A stretch of DNA of 64,000 nt from the human T2T-CHM13v2.0 reference genome, Homo sapiens (GCF_009914755.1 NC_060929.1); one strand, 5' to 3'. Shown: positions 1 to 17,485, counted from the first letter of the stretch. Notes: generated by a model from the letters alone, not told the origin. Made by a program: numbers and translations.

Positions 1-540
1 CTTACCAAAATTTACAAATCTGGTCAACTTATAACTACTACTAAATTGTAATGCCCTTAAGAATAGATATCATTCCTAATCAGTTTTCTCCTAACCCACA
101 ACAAATAATGTTTTGCTCATAGATAGTACTCTATACAGGTGATACCAAAAAATGCATGAATTTATGTTGAATCTGAATTATAGGTACCAATCTTGAAATT
201 TGATTTTCTGTACATATAAGGATAATATTACTTCATGTGAAATTTTAAAAAGTTACAACATAAAATAGCTATATAGAAGATAACCTTAAAAATTAATTAT
301 CTAACAACTTTATCACAACTCATAATGATACAATTATATGTAAACTTTTTTCAATATAGCATTTAGTAAGGGAATTCACTGTTTTTTTTTAACTTATTCC
401 ACAATAAATGGGACCAATGCACTGCCATCTTGATAACTAATAGGACCAAGAAAAGCATTGTCTCTGGTATCACCTTTTTATTTTATAATCATATAAAATA
501 TATTCTAAGGATTTAGTGAAGTTATGTTTAGTTATATTTA

Positions 541-705
541 TTTATTTATTCACTTTCTTTTTCCTTTTGTTAATTTTGTTTTTCTTTTTTGAGACAGGTC
601 TCAGTATGTTGCTCAGACTGGTCTTGAACTCCTGGCCTCAAGTGATCCTCCCACCTCAGCCTCTTGAGTAGCTGGGACTACAGTTGCAAGCCATCCTGTC
701 TGGCT
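541..705 (-). mobile_element. FLAM / free left Alu monomer with degenerate tail
   Basis: gagacaggtctcagtatgttgctcagactggtcttgaactcctggcctcaagtgatcctcccacctcagcc is a single Alu arm; flanked by tagttatattta / tagttatcttta (TSD-like). Confidence 0.8.
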
Positions 706-2765
706 AGTTATCTTTAATTAATGACATTTGTTAAAGTAACACAAAAATCCTAGAAACATTTGCCTGTTGAAACTTTCTGATAATTTGAATGAAGTAAAGT
801 TTGGAGTCTCTGTCTCATTGAAAATACTCAAGGTTAATATAATAAAAACAGCAAAGCAGTAATGCATAAAAGAATTATTAGAAGTCTAATAAAATTATTT
901 GGACCTCCAACTATAGCAACACTGATTAATGACTGCTTTTTAATTAATTGGAAGTTGTTCAATCATCGTGCCATTTCATTTCACCTGAGAGTTTTTATAA
1001 AAGGGTCAGAGCCAAAACATATGCTAGTTCAATTTGCAATAAGGTATACTTAAGCAATTTCATTCTTCTTGGCAGGGCAAGTGTGGGCTATTCATTTCTC
1101 ATTTATTCACGGTGATGATATTCCCTGTTCAGCTGGCTAGTGTGATCAAGGAAGACAGTCTTAGGCATTAGAATATGAATAAAGTTTACTTTTAAGCTGT
1201 GCATTCAAACAAAATAAAAACCTATGATTACCTACTCTTCTTATAGAATCTTTAATTACCACTTGATAGTGTTTAGCCTCTTTATTTTTCATACAGATAT
1301 ACAGTCTTTGTCATACCCGATTTCCTTTATGGTTCTAATATCTTTACATTGGCCACTGAGTAGATAGTGGAATTAACCAGAAGTCCATTTTAGGAATATT
1401 AGTTTGGTATCACTCTTAGATTGTGCATATATTTTGTTAATTTGTCTAAGTCCCAGTTCTGCCTATGACCCAGTGAGGAGCAACATAACTTATTAGCCTC
1501 CATACCCTGTGGATTCCTGATTTTCATTTAGGTAAAAACTGTAGCCAGCAGCTGGTAGTGTGACAGAGCCCGCATATGCACCAATCATATTAATAACTAA
1601 CAAATTAGGATTCTAAGATCTAAACTTTCAGGGACTAATAACACTTGCTTCCACTATAAAGGTTCATACTTCCTTCCATTTTCTAAATTGTTGAAGCTCA
1701 AGGCTCTGAAAGGAGACACTAGACCTTATCGTTATGAGTGTCTTCAATCCCATAATTGCTTTGATAACCCAAGGAGCCATTGGAAAGAAAGAGACCTGCC
1801 ACAGCTACAGCAGAAGCAATCAATAAACTGTCTGAGACATCCATCTAGAGTTAAGGCACACAAGCCTATTATGCCTACATCAAGGAAACATGCACCTGTT
1901 TCATGTGTGTATGAATAGGAAGGTTTAGGTTAGATTAGATAGTTTTCTACTGAATAATCTTTTATTATGGACAACATGTTTATGATAAGTAGAAGTTATT
2001 GAAGAGACTACCTCTGGTCAGTTGTCATTTATTGTATCCCCACCACTGGAGTGAAAGTAACATGGTTCACAGAGGTCTTCTATTCTGTAACTTAGACAAC
2101 TCATTTTCACCATATTATTTCTCAAAGATCTTATAAAACGAAAGTGGATTTTTAAAATTATGATATATTTTAGCTGTCCCCAAATTCTGCATAAATGAAA
2201 TAAATGAAAGCATGAAATGAATGAGGAAAACATATGTAACTATAATAGAATGTGGTATGGGAGGGGAGATAGATGCCAGGTGTGAAAGGAGACTTGGGGA
2301 AAACAAAGAGAATGAGGATGGGAGCCCTTCAAGAAGGGGAGACTGTCATTCTCTTCTCCCTATAATATGACTGCTTGGTAGCTAACTCACTGATCATCCC
2401 AAGCCTAACTGCCCAAAGAGGGCAGATATGAAAGAAGACGGCAAGGCAGAGGAAACCTGCAATATAGTGGCAACCTATAACGCACCTGTTTTAACGTCAT
2501 AAAGATGAGTGAATTTCCCATGGTCAGCTGGACACAGGAGAAAGGAGCTAAAATTGAGAAACCGTGCTGTCAATTTACCCAAAAAGCCTGCCTGCTAAGC
2601 AAGGGGCCTCTAGAATTAAGAAGTTATAAGGTCTACCACTGGGTGCCCATGTCAGATTCCTATGCGGAGGGGACACCCAGAGCCCCCAACAGCAAATAAT
2701 TCACAAAATTACATAAGAATTAGCATTTGAACAACTGTCTTTACTGCCATTCCATTTTAGCCCTA

Positions 2766-3078
<313 letters not shown>

Positions 3079-3334
3079 GTGGCAACCAATGGAGCACTAT
3101 ATTGGCACTATATTCATAGAGATTTATGCATTTTAAAAATTTTCCTTTCCTTTCTATTGCAAGAAACTGGGAATCAGTAGCCCCACCCCGAAGGAATGAA
3201 AGTTCTGATTATGTCTTTGAGTTCTTCAGATATCTGTTCCCATGTATCAGCAGACATCAAAATGTAGTTACTTTTAATAAATGTGAAATATTGTAAAATT
3301 GTGACAAATAATTTTTCATATTTATTACAATTTT

Positions 3335-3645
3335 GTGGGTAAGAATTTGGGCAGGATTTGACTGGGCTAATATTCCATTTCACATGGCATTGATGAACTT
3401 TACACTGTGGTATCCCACTAGTACAGTGGACTGGACTAGAAGCTCAAAGACAGCATCACTCACATTTCCAGAACACTGGGAGGTATGGTTGGAAGGCAGA
3501 GCTGAGCTGGAATTGTCAACCTGAGCACCGCAACGTGGCCTCTCTAGTATGGCAGCCTCTGGGTAGTCAGACTTCTTACATGACACTTTGGAACTCTAAG
3601 TGTTCCAACGAGCAAGGCAGAAGCTGCGTGATCTTTTATGTTAGA
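3335..3645 (-). mobile_element. Old MaLR LTR fragment (MLT1-like)
   Basis: gggtaagaatttgggcaggatttgactggg...gtggcctctctagtatggcagcctctgggtagtcagacttcttacatg...gcaaggcagaagctgc resembles MLT1-family LTRs. Confidence 0.55.
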
Positions 3646-4698
3646 CTTACTTTTAATAATCAAAATAAACTAAAAGTAATGGGATCAGCTAAAGATATCA
3701 CGAAGATGTGGGAATGGGTATCTGACTATTCATGTTTGTTCGGAGTTGTTGAAGACAAACAAAACTGTTTGATGTTTACATTCCCACTGAGTTGGACTGA
3801 TCAAAACCCTTCAGCAGAAATGCTCACAGCTATTCCCTGCATGGAAAGTGGGAATTAGCTGCTAAAGTGTTATAAATTTGCACCAGATGCACAAAATAAA
3901 AGAAGAAGGAAGCAAATGGAAGAGATTCAGTTGAGATTTTTCCAAACGTTTCAAGAGACCATAAGTAAAAGGAATGGGGAGCTGCACTTTTATTAAGAAC
4001 AATTATCTCAAGAGCCAAACGTCACCACTTTCACCCTGATCCATTACTTGAGAAAGTTGTGATAATAACCTTGATCGTTCTGCCAAACAAATAAAACCTA
4101 TAATCACTCAGTCTAGAGGATTCTTTTCTGAACCAAGCAGAAACCAACTCAACAAATAATTCCTAATAATAATAAACATTTTGAGCCACTCCTTGAAGAA
4201 CTGCAATTGAAACTCCTGTATATTCCATAGTGATAGTCATCAAAAATAAATTTGAATAAAGGGAGAGAAAAGGAAGATGTATGAGTTTTTAAATACTCTC
4301 TTTGATGTCAGAAAATATTTCAGAATGGGTGATTTTACATGATAATTATTTCCCCTCACCTGGCCCTGTGAAATACCCAATGATATGTAAAAGGAAACTG
4401 TGTGGAAGAGAAATTAAAACTCGGGTGAATTTTTGAGGGTAAAGCATAGAACAGGATGAGGTCACACAATGAAATGCACTACTAGATATTCATGCAATAC
4501 TGCAAACAGGACTCATTGGCAGCTGTCACAATTTCTCTGGACTTATGCTCTGAGGAAAAGGAATAGGTTTCTGAGTTTCCCCGCGAGACCACTCAGCTGT
4601 CAGTCCAAAAATGAAAAACATCTCAGCAGGGACTCATTTAAGAGTCTTAAATCCAAAGAACTGCAGTATAACATTGATTCTGTCCATGCCATACTTAC

Positions 4699-4835
4699 TA
4701 ACTTTACTCGCAATTATGGAGAAATTATACTGCGCAGTGCTTTCTCTGTCTAGTAATTCATTAGTGGCGATGGTTCCTTCATTTCCATCTATTGTAAAGT
4801 AGCTGTCCCCATCACTCTTCCAATCTATGAAGTAC
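4699..4835 (-). CDS. CDH12: Cadherin-12 coding exon (probably exon 11), 137 nt, phase 2-1; middle of EC4
   Basis: (R)[45 protein letters not shown](S). Acceptor cttttcatatacag|G, donor GTTA|gtaagt. Contains LDRE; in frame with the preceding exon (AG|G). Confidence 0.96.
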
Positions 4836-5694
4836 CTGTATATGAAAAGAGTAGATGCAAATGTGCAATGATTACACATTAATCATAATGGCACTTAGGC
4901 TAACTTGACACAGTTCCTTATTTTTCTCCCTGTAGCTATTACCCACCTTGCAATAAAGAAGACTGTAAATGACAGCTTCTTTATTGCAAAGTCAGTATGC
5001 TCAAGGGGAAACTGGAAATAATAAAAGATTTAGTACTCCTGCTGTTCATATTATTTTAGGGCCTTGACACCTTGAAAGCTCAGCAGAGACTAAAATTCTA
5101 AAGCTGACCATGAGTTTCCTTAACCTGCTGAATATTAAAACTTTTTCAAGCAGTAAAAAATTCCTTAACAGTGGCTATGACTGTGTAAATGGGGTTGAGA
5201 GAAGCACTGGAAACAACTACAAAGAACCCAGGTCAAAACAGAGGTAGAATCTTTGTTTCCAGAGATAGAAAAAATAACATCATGGAAACAAATGGTAAAT
5301 TTTTTTAACTGACAATTTGGTAATTATACAAAAATATTTCCTCAAACACATATAAAACGGTCATGGTTGTTTTATTTTGTTATGTATTTTGTTGTTTCAT
5401 TGATGTTTTATTACATATCAGGTCAACATTAGAAAAACAGTGACTTTGGATAATGATGTCTCTTTATCTTGTTTATTATGTGACATATTTGATAATAATG
5501 GATGTTGCCCTACGTGAAGCAACTGGACTAAAAATTCCAAGAAAATGAATAGCAAAATAGAAAATGCATGTATTTAAATCTTTAAGTAACAGTAGATATA
5601 TGGATCGGCATTATGTGAAATTTTTTTCCAACATGTGTTTTCAATCATAACAATCATTAACATTTTTAAATATGACAATTTGATAGACGTTATT

Positions 5695-5846
5695 CTCAAT
5701 GCTTACACATTGAGAATAAAAAATGTCTGCAGAATAGTATTATTAATATGTCTTACATATGAGAAAAGAGAAAGCATAGAGACATGAAGGAATTTGTCCA
5801 AATTAACATAGTTAGAAAATTTTAGATTGATGTTTGAACCAGGTCA
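5695..5846 (-). mobile_element. MIR remnant
   Basis: ttacatatgagaaaagagaaagcatagagacatgaaggaatttgtccaaattaacatagttag...tttgaaccagg resembles the reverse complement of the MIR core. Confidence 0.6.
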
Positions 5847-6241
5847 TCAATGTTTCCCATATAATTATTATTACACAGTCTTACCAATTTTAAATATAAC
5901 ATTTTATGGGAAATGATTTTGCTAATCAAAAGGCACAATACACAAATTATTTGTCATCATTTTATTCTAGCCTGGAACCAAAGAGAGATCATTTCAAACA
6001 ATGGCTGAAAGCAGATGGCATCATTGTTAGTCAGCCCTTGGAATCACCACTCCAAAGAAAGTGTTCATTGTGAAAAGTCAGTAAAGCGATGTGTATCTCA
6101 ACATAAAAAACTATTTATTTTGACAAGCTGATTATTTGAAACTGTAGCAGTTTGTATGTTATTTCAGTTCTAGGTCACCTGCATTTACAAATGAAATACA
6201 TCTGAAATATATCATTCCACACTAGTCTGTATCTGTTAGTA

Positions 6242-8972
<2,731 letters not shown>

Positions 8973-9377
8973 TAATTGATTTCTGAACCAGAAGATGCTT
9001 AATATTTATTAGAATAAAGTATGAGCCACGCTGTTAATCTAATTTTGACATTTCTTCTGTTTATTGGAGGAATGAGAAAGCACTGATGTCTTCCAATTTC
9101 AGTGTGGTACCTTAGCTCACATGAATGCTCTCAAAAATTAAAAACGAAGTTAAGGCACACCAAAAGGTCAGAAAACATAGAGATATAATGAGCTTAATTC
9201 TCCGTACCGCATATTCTTTTCTGAACAAGAAAGCATTTCTCAAAATACTTCTTTATAGCACCTCATTTAACTTGCCATATGCCTAATTTAAGAAGAAAAT
9301 TGCCACTGAAACTCCTTATTAACTGTAGTATTTCTGAAAGAATTGCTGATGTAGGCTCACTGTGTTCAATTTTTCAA

Positions 9378-9780
9378 TTTATTAAGTATTTGCTGAGTGT
9401 CCACTATACACTAGACATTGTTCTAGAGATGAGACATATAAAAATAAGTAAAGTATGATGCCCATCAGTGAAGACTTTAGTTGGGAAGACATGTATAAAC
9501 AGACTGTTTCAATGCCTGAAAGAGAGATAGTAGAGAAGGCTTTGCAGGAGTGCCAAGAAAACACATTGAATGTAAAACCTAGTGCTTCAGGCAATCCTTC
9601 CTGCACATGATATTTGGCTGACATTAGAAGGCTATATGGAAATCATCCAAGAGGAGGTTGAAGCAGAAAAAGTGAGGGGAGGAATAGACGGTGTTTTAGA
9701 AAACTGCAACAGCAGTAGCAAAATGACACAGGTGGTGTAGGGAGCTATCAGTTGTTCAGAATTACTATAGAAAACTATCT
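9378..9780 (-). mobile_element. L2 3' fragment
   Basis: aagtatttgctgagtgtccactatacactagacattgttctagagatgagacatat resembles the reverse complement of the L2 3' end. Confidence 0.6.
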
Positions 9781-9939
9781 GAGAAGCATAATGACATGGA
9801 AAAAAATGAGTGATTTAGGTCAAGGAAGATCTTATACATTATAGTTAAAAAACTATTAATTTCTCTATAAGTAGTCCCTGGTGCATGATTTGTATTAGAA
9901 ACTCTCAAATACAACTGAGAGGAATCACTGGTTTTTAAT

Positions 9940-10950
9940 ATATTTTTAATATTTTTAAAATATTTCAGATGTATAATAAAGTTGCAAGAATTGCACAATA
10001 AAGTTCCAAACATCTTTCACTTACACTTATTATGTTAGTATTTTCCCACGTTTGCTTTATCACTTTCTCTCTTCTCATGAGCACATGAGTTTTTGTAGAA
10101 TCAAGGTTTCAAGTTGTCTGACTTTGGTACCATTAAGCCACAGACATGCACTTCATACAGTCATCAGTTTTTATTCTTTGATAATCTTTTCCTTTTGATT
10201 AGGTTGTTTAATCCATTCCCATTCAACAGCTAATATTGATATAATGGTATTTGCATTTGCCATTTTATTTTTAGGTTTTCTATATTTCTCATGTCTTTTT
10301 TGTGTATTTCTTCTCTACTCCTTTCTTTTACAATAAGTGGATATTTTCTAGTGTGAAATTATTTCTTTAATGATTTTTATTATATAATTTATTTTCTTAA
10401 TATCTGCTTTAAGTTTTGCCATATATGACTTAACTCATCAGATTCACATTCATACTAAATTAGAGTAAAATATAGAAATGTTTCTTCTATGTAGTTATGT
10501 GTGATAATTGTATGTATTATATATGTTACATACATATATGTCACAAGTGCAATAAAACATTGTAACAATTTTTAATTTTTATAGTTTTATGTAATGTTTG
10601 CATCCTGCCCCTCCTGGTAAGATATTATATCCCTTGACTGGTTGCGAAGGAAAGAGAAACCATGTCTTTTTACCACACCTGCCAGGTGGGCATTTGTATC
10701 AAGCCGAGCTGGGACATAGGAGTGGGAGCGGGGAGCAGGTTCTGGGTTAAGTGTCACTGTCTTTTGCTATTCTTACCAAGTTTTAGTAGCTTTTCTTGAA
10801 TAAATTGTTCTTTATGTGCTGCATGCTCTTAGAAAATTTTCCAGAGACTGTAAATGAGCGTCTTTTATTTTTTAAAGAAACAAATGTCATTTATTTTTGT
10901 TTCACTGGGGAGTGTGTCTATAGATCGCATCCTGCTGCCATTCATTAAGT
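9940..10950 (-). mobile_element. Old L1M (L1MC/ME-like) fragments
   Basis: aaagttgcaagaattgcacaataaag...ttttcccacgtttgctttatc (L1MC/ME 3' end), followed by T-rich antisense L1-like sequence (ttgtttaatccattcccattcaa...ttgccattttattt). Confidence 0.55.
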
Positions 10951-11169
10951 GGAAACTCCATTCATTTTTGAAAATCCCATACTCTTTTCTTGTGAATTCC
11001 AGTTAACTTGCATGATATTTTTCAAAGCTTTTCTTTACTTCCATCTTTGAAAATCTCTGCAATGAACAGATCATTCTTTAATGCTAATAATATTCAATTA
11101 TTATGTAGATGTTGGAAAATATAGCACAGCTTGTATACATTTTGTGTATGTGACGTGATTATCCTACTT

Positions 11170-11286
11170 ACCCAAAGTTTGTTAAATTTCCTGAGAGCAG
11201 AGACTAGCTTTGTTCATCTCTGTGTTGCCAAGGACCTGGGATGTTGTTTGTACATAGCACCTGCCACTTAAATATTGTATTGAATT
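11170..11286 (+). mobile_element. L2 3' end
   Basis: aaatttcctgagagcagagactagctttgttcatctctgtgttgcca...aaatattgtattgaat. Confidence 0.6.
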
Positions 11287-11884
11287 CTTTGCACAGATCC
11301 TATTCTTCCTGCCTGTATAATAGTTACATATTTCTACATCAAGGGAACATATTTAGAGCTTTAAGACTGTCTTATTTGGGACAATCAATTATTTCTGATT
11401 TGATGAGGACTTTCTCAGTTTTTACAGTGAGTGTCTTTAGGCCCAGAAAACTCCTCAAGAGTTTTCCCAGATAAGATTGGGAAAATTGATCACCTTGTTT
11501 ATAGTTAATATTTGTAGCATATGTTATAATTTAACAAATTGATTCAAACAGAAGTCTAACTTCATACAGTGAATCACCACATATACAGGTTATGTTTAAA
11601 TGTAATTTTAGGTATTTTTGATAACGAGTTTAAAATTCAAAGACTTACATAATATATACATCAAATAATACGTTTATCTCTTAGTTATGTGTTTCTGTAT
11701 ATCAATCCACTAGGATCCAATATCTTGCAAGCTCAGTAAACATATTTAATTTTTTAGTTCATTCAGCCTAATGCTGAAGTAGAATTTGCAATACATAGAT
11801 TAACCACCACTGAGATGCAATGAAATGTAGCATGAAGCACAGTAATTTTTTTGTATAGAGAGAATTAGGGTGATATACATTTTA

Positions 11885-12028
11885 TTCACTTACCTTGTGC
11901 AATTAGTTTAGGGATCTTTCATTCCAATATCTATTCTCCTTATGTTCTATAAAATTTGGAAAATAATACCTCCCTAATAGTGTAACCATGAGTGTTGTTA
12001 TAAAAATGAAATAAGATAAAGTATATGT
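11885..12028 (+). mobile_element. MIR remnant
   Basis: ctataaaatttggaaaataatacctccctaatag...gttgttataaaaatgaaataagataa resembles the MIR core and 3' part. Confidence 0.5.
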
Positions 12029-15000
12029 TGCATAGGGATAGAGTCATGTGTATCAGCGTGTGAGTGTATGTGTATGTCCTTTTCCCCCTTTCTCCCTCTC
12101 CTTTCATACTATTTTGTATTACTTCCCAGATAAAAACTCTTCCTTACCCACACATTTTCTTATCTGGCATCAAGTCGTGGCACACATAACCTTCAACTTT
12201 CTAGTACTTGAACTATGAAGCTCCCACACAAACTCGTACAGTACAAACCATAAACACAAATATCCAGGCTCTATTTCACACAATGGTGCTTCTGTTTGAC
12301 TGTCATTCGCTACTTTCTGGTATCTATTTTTTATCTCTGTCACCTTGTGAGACTTAGCAAGCTCCTTTCTCTGCATGATATCCTCCAACAAAGCTTTATA
12401 TCTTCTGGAATATAGCTGACACCCATTTGAACAGTTCCTACTCAGCTAAGCATCTTCAACATCTTCTCATAGTTAGCCAGGTCTTAGACTACAGGCCTAA
12501 TACTAGCTCCTGGCATCTTCCCAGTGCTCTGTCTATATGTGACTGACTAAAACCTGTGCCTGACTAAAGCACAAATATTTTCTATTGTGATATTTTATCC
12601 AGTATAGCAACTGAGAGACATTTATAAGAAAAGACCATCAATGAACTTGCAATGAAACCATTCCTACATTTTCTGGACAATTTTGGAAAAGATATGGCCC
12701 AGTTCTTAAAGGCATAGAAATTTTGAGGAGTTACAGCCTCACAGAGTGAAACATCGTGTTTCTGCTGTTGGGTTGCAACAGTCTACTTACAATCTAAGGA
12801 TAAAATATTATTGGAATTGCAACTAATCACAACAGTATAACATGAACTGTGTAATTTGGCCTAACAGATGAGTTTCAATGAGCAAAATATTTAAACAGAA
12901 AGTATGTTTGACTCATCTCATACTTATTTGGTGAGTAGATGGGATTTAAGTGAAAAAACGATTATATGATTATAATCTGTATATAATAAAATAAACCTAA
13001 TTTCATACAATTATGTACAGTGATTGTTGCTAAAAAAAAAAAGGTTTTAACATTTGAATAGAAATCAGAAATTAAAACATTAACCTAGTCTGCGCAGGCC
13101 ATTTGAGAGAGTATGGTTTTATTCCTATACTGTAAATTAGTTTTCAGAAACGCCTTTAAAATTTTTATTCTATTTATTAGGTAAGCATTTCCCTTAAAAT
13201 TGTACTTTTCAATTTGCTTAATAATTTTCTCACCATCAATGGAAACGCTAACTTTGACCCTGCCCCAGTTCTCAACTACATGTGTAAAAGGAACTTGATG
13301 GTACCAAATTCCTCTGAAAGTACTACACCTCATTGTTTAAACAATAAAAATCTGCTAATAATGACACAGGTCAAAGTAGAAAATGTTATTTTGTTAAGAT
13401 AATGATAGTAGATCAAACTGTCTTTACTCTTATCTCTTCTTAGTTGCCAATGTTTTTGTTTTGCCTTTTGGAAGACAATTAAAGAAAGTAAATTCAGTTC
13501 AATTCATTTTAACAAACACTTTACTGAGTACCTAAGCCACCTGCAACAATATGTCAATTGTAATTTCTCCATCAGCAATCACAAATAAATCCCGCTATGT
13601 TCCTCTCAAACTTTTTAAACCACCAGTTCCTACTTTCCTATCAATTTCTCTTTTTTCTTATCTTCCTCCTCATTTTTACTTTCCCCTTACTAGACTTAAA
13701 AGTTGTATCTTAAATGGTTTAGATGGTTTCTATTGCTTGTTTTAAATGTTTGATGAGAAACTATTTACAAAAGTATATCATTTAATAAAAGTAAGTCTTC
13801 TGTCTTTAAATTTCCCATTTGTACACATGCAATAAGATTAAAATAGATCTCTAAAGAAGAAGAAATATACCATAATCTACATAATGTTGAAATTATAATT
13901 GTTGTATTTGTATTTTCCTCCAAGTTGCTTAAGCTTTCCTCTGCCCTTTTTTTTTTTTTTTTTTCTTGGAACAGTCATACACGGTTTCTTACGGAACTGG
14001 AAGTTAACTTCAAAACTCTCTTCTCCTCTGCCATTCTGTTGGTTATCTGACCACTGTATTTTGTCTTTAACTCAGAGCAAAAATAACTTTATCTTTGACA
14101 AGAACTTCTTCTGCCCCCAAAGCTTTACACCTGTCCTTTAGTTTACTCTGCGGACACCTTGAAGCAGCTTGCTCTAATAGAAAGAAAATGAGGTTTAGAC
14201 AAATAATGATTAAGTCCAGGCTCTGTACTTAACAGCTTTAAACATCCTGAGTCTCAGTTTTATCAGATATTAAAAAATGCAGACTGTAATACCTGACTAA
14301 ATAAGTAAAGAATGTGTGCAGTAAACGTTGATATCTGATATCTTCTGCTTAGAAGTATCTTTGACTCTAGGGACTTCAGAAGTCCCTTATTTTGGACTTG
14401 GTTGTCAGATCATTTCAATTTTTTTTCCTCCCATTCATGTCACAGAACTTTCCTAATTTCCTCAGAAATCAAAGGCACCTTTTTGCTTTGCTCATGTTCT
14501 CCCCATTAAGACTTGCTGAATCCCTCTAGACAGCATCTATTTCTTCCTTCTTACAAAACTGTACCATTTTTTAAACTTTACTTACTACCTATTTGAATTG
14601 GTGTTAACAGTTTCTCTCAAATGAGAATAGCAAACAAACTATTTTGTTTTGTTCATTATACAGGGAGTTTTTTTCAAGTATGAAGAGTTCCTTACTGAAT
14701 ATATTGCTCTATTCATAATACAGTGCACTTATATGTGTAAATTGAATTATTTTATCTGACTTTTCTTATTGATAATGTCCTGGTCATATTTCAAACATGG
14801 AATACCTTAATTTACATTTTTGAATATTCAAACGTATTTATTCTGAAGTCCTTTTGAGAGAGCTTCATTATAACTATTTTGTTGAACTAAGTCCAGTGCC
14901 TGTTATTCCAAGTCACCACTGGATTTATTTACTCTTATTAGGTCATGGCCAAATGGCTCTGAAGAATGGTGCCATTTTATGTAGAGCTGCTTACCATTTG

Positions 15001-16782
15001 AAACCTAAATATAGACATCATATTTGAAAGAAAGGTTTTATTTTCCTCCTTTTCCTTCTACCTAAGCTTGCATTTCCTGCTTGTGATTAGTCTACTGTTT
15101 AGCTAATTTGCGCTCTGAAAGTTACTCATATTCCCTTAACTGAATGCTCTGGAACAGCTTATGAAATGATTCATTTCTCTTGTGTCCTTTTGATCACTGA
15201 TTATTACAGTATTTTTCAAGAAGAGCATTTTCTATTTATTGTTTATATATTTAAAATAACTATTTTAATATATAAATATTATTATTATATAGTTGGGACT
15301 ATACTGAATAAGGTTTCATATACTTTGTGCAAAATTAATTTAAAAATTTTTCTTGATGTAGAAGATATATTCTAGTGTATAATGCAATGTACTAATAAAA
15401 TATAGCATGTATATGTATGTGGATATGTGCATGTGAGTTTTTTCAAATCTAATATAGGTAGATCTATATCTAGATGTGTAAATATAATGTCTTTTTTTCT
15501 TAAGGGCTCATACACCTGGGTGTTCTGGCATGAACTTTATGGGGATTAACCTCTGTTGGCAAATTGTAGTCCAGTTGATCTCTATTTTCTTAGCAAATTT
15601 TTTCTTCTTCTCTTTCTTGTTTGCTTTTTTTTGTTTTTCATTTAGTAAAATGATTTTTCAGTTTCTTTGCTTCTATAAATGGAGTTAATACAAGCTAAAT
15701 ACCATCAGCACATTTGCAAAGAGACTTCATGCAAAAACCAACTTCAGAGAAATAATTCTCTTGTGGGTCCTAAACACGCAGTATACCACAGTTGTGAAAA
15801 AGATGAGTAGGGCAAAATCCCCAGAGATTAACACATTCAGCTACTCCTGCAGTTTCTAAATTCTACATCTCCTTTTATTGGTTTGTTTGTTTCTGAGTTT
15901 CTTTGAGGTATTCCATATCAAACCTTCTGTTTTTCTTTTATGTCCATCAATTTGTACAAAATATCTATTTTTTTCATTTAATATGTTTTGCATTGTTTCT
16001 GTATATTTGTTTCCTGTATACAGTCAAATGATCTAAGAATTTATAATATATTTTTTAGAGGTACTTTGAGTCCTAGCTATTGTTAAAAGCTAGCAGTTGC
16101 CTTCACTTAGAATTAGTAAAGTAATTCATGAAGAATAGTTTTGTTATAGAAACTAACACACTATTTTTTCTTAATGTGAACTTTAAAATGTTTTTTTTTA
16201 TGTAGAGCCCAATTTCTCATTTTGTATAACTCTAATCAGCTTTTCTCATTTTACATTTTATTATTCAGTTGGTAGAAAATTACTTTTATTTTTCATGGCA
16301 TGCTTTCTGAGAAAGTACTAAATATTCATATAGGTATTGGAAGAAGAATATTATCCATATATATTATAGAACATTCATTAAGATAAAAGAGTTCATCTTT
16401 TTTGAGACCTCCATATCATATCTATTTCCTTTAGTATTCACAATGTGAATCTTAATATAATGTATATATTCTCAAAATCATCAAAGAAGCATCTGACAAC
16501 AAGTTCATGATTATTTGCAAAGCTACAGGATCATAATCCATACAAAAATAAATGTGATTTTTTTTTAAGATAGCATTTCCTATCAGTTAATTATTAGAGA
16601 CAATTGTGATCCAACATTTTGGAACAAATCTGAGGGTTGAAATACTGAAATTATCATAGTTTCTCAGATATTTTTCTAGATTTATAAAGGAAGTAACTGT
16701 GTTGATTTTTCTTCATGCAGAAAACACAAATGAGTACTATGCCATTTTAATACTTAGCTGAAATTAGTATTATATAGGTCAA

Positions 16783-17015
16783 GTCATTCATTGAACAAAT
16801 ATTTATTAACTATCCACTTGCGCTAGGCAATATTTTAGGTGTGTGGGATCTATCAATAAAAATGTAGAAAAATCTCTGCCGCTGTGCAGTTTATATACTA
16901 ATGGGAAGCAGAAGAAAATAAATCACATATGTAGCACTAAATATGCCAGATATTGCTCTAGAAACATTTATACCAATACTTCATTTAATTCTCACAAAAA
17001 TCTTGTGAGGTAGAT
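16783..17015 (-). mobile_element. L2 3' end followed by MIR 3' end
   Basis: tcattcattgaacaaatatttattaactatccacttgcgctaggcaatattttagg (L2), then tcatttaattctcacaaaaatcttgtgaggtag (MIR). Confidence 0.65.
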
Positions 17016-17485
17016 GAGAAAGAGAGCATGGGCATTTTTTCAAACATTTAATAGAAGTTATACATACTGCTATAGAATGTCACATGATAGCTGGGCCTCT
17101 CTTTCTTCTCTCTCCCAAAGTGTGCTGTGTCTGAACTTACGTTTTTGCACACATGCTAAGATTTCTGTCATATTGAAAAGGACCTTCAAATGCAAACCAG
17201 CTACTTTGATACTTTCTTAATCGAGAGTTTCTTAAAAATCAATTCCAATTGATTACAGCAATTTTTACAAAAGTGTGGTAAAAAGACTAGATTTGGAATA
17301 TAAGATCATTTTTGTGGAAACAGGCATTTTTATTTTAACAACTAATTAGTATAATTTAACATTGTATTCTACTTTTGGTAGTTGAAAATGTTTTCTGATT
17401 ATTATTTAAATTACCTACTTGATTTTAAGTGACGGGTTTTTGTTAGAAAGATCATTAAACAAAAGCATAGATAAGATGACAAATA

